Source: Podarcis pityusensis | Lineage: Eukaryota | Strand: one strand, 5' to 3' | DNA: 64,000 bases | Assembly: GCA_964106645.2 (NCBI GenBank) | Contig: OZ067046.1 | Part shown: positions 63,303 through 64,000 of the stretch, piece by piece | Layout of the letters: every line of letters starts with the position of its first letter | Numbering within the stretch: position 1 is the stretch's first letter | The notes under the pieces: generated by a model | Database searches by the model: none | What the model was told of the DNA's origin: nothing | The model's input: only the letters and a program-made list of their open reading frames with translations | Made by a program: the position numbers and the translations under genes

Positions 63303-64000
63303 CTGCAGAGAACGAGACAAATGTACACAGGAGCTTATCAACACTGCACCTCGGAGCACCCTTGGGTGAACGGAAAGGCAGTTAGTTAAGCACTTGCCAA
63401 GGAAGAATGAGGCCAAAGAGCAGTCAAAAGTCTAAGCAAACGTTGTGCTTGGAATTTAAATGTGTGCCTTCCACTTAACGCCGAGAAGGCGCTATATATC
63501 AAAAACAAGACTGGAGGCATTAAAACTGAAGGCCCTGCACTGCAAAAGCAAAATGGAAAGCATTAAAATATCTGCCCTCAAGTTTTAAAGATTCACACTT
63601 GGGTGGCAGGACCAGACTAATATTTAGAAGGGGAAAAAGCAGGATTATAGGCAACAACCAGTATGCTGCAACACTGTGGATTTGACAGCAGAATTATTAT
63701 TTTTGTTGCTGAAGGAGTATTACCTGCAACAGATATTAAGCATCAGAGTGTGGAAGGCGGAGTTGCAACTAATTTATTATTTAAATTTCCAGAGGGGTAG
63801 CCATATTAGTCTCTTGCAGCAAAAGCAAGAAAAGTATTGTGGCATCTTAGTAGGCTAGTGCAGTAGGTTTTGTCAACTAAAGGCCATTTCATCCTGAGTT
63901 GCAGGTGCATATATACATTGGGGGAAGGGGTAAACAGCAAGGTCAGAAGGAAATTAAATTCAGAAAAGTACAGGCTGTGACCGTAACCTTATTAACAATG

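Noticed and set aside
63860-63900. Hammerhead ribozyme in a Penelope-like fragment
   Set aside because: Core CTGATGA and GAAA motifs are degenerate here and truncated in the 57766 copy

Overview
Vertebrate genomic DNA, most likely a lacertid-type lizard (inferred from Sauria/POM-type SINEs, Squam3-like SINE, squamate L2/CR1 tails). Two convergent multi-exon genes fill the window. AASDH (beta-alanine-activating, NRPS-like enzyme: adenylation domain, phosphopantetheine carrier, PQQ-type beta-propeller) is on the + strand with 13 coding exons from 968 to the stop at 17194; its start lies upstream of the window. CRACD/KIAA1211 (capping-protein-inhibiting regulator of actin dynamics) is on the - strand with 9 coding exons from 63302 down to the stop at 23008; the frame is still open at the top, so the start may lie beyond the window. 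All junctions I traced are GT-AG with consistent phases. Introns hold many TEs (Tc1/mariner and Tc2-type MITEs, hAT MITEs, solo LTRs, SINEs, L2 and CR1 3' ends). I found no convincing new multi-gene system. The most notable unexplained items are: a perfect tailless U6 5'-fragment retrocopy with a 17-bp TSD; face-to-face poly(A) signals of the two genes; a 25-nt exact repeat that would make the two 3'UTRs complementary over a miR-17-family site; a candidate 78-nt intron whose donor overlaps the CRACD stop codon; an in-frame CRACD N-terminal extension; a 13x14-aa coding minisatellite; and a MITE carrying a tandem array of long GC-rich palindromes. Family names come from recalled knowledge, not searches.
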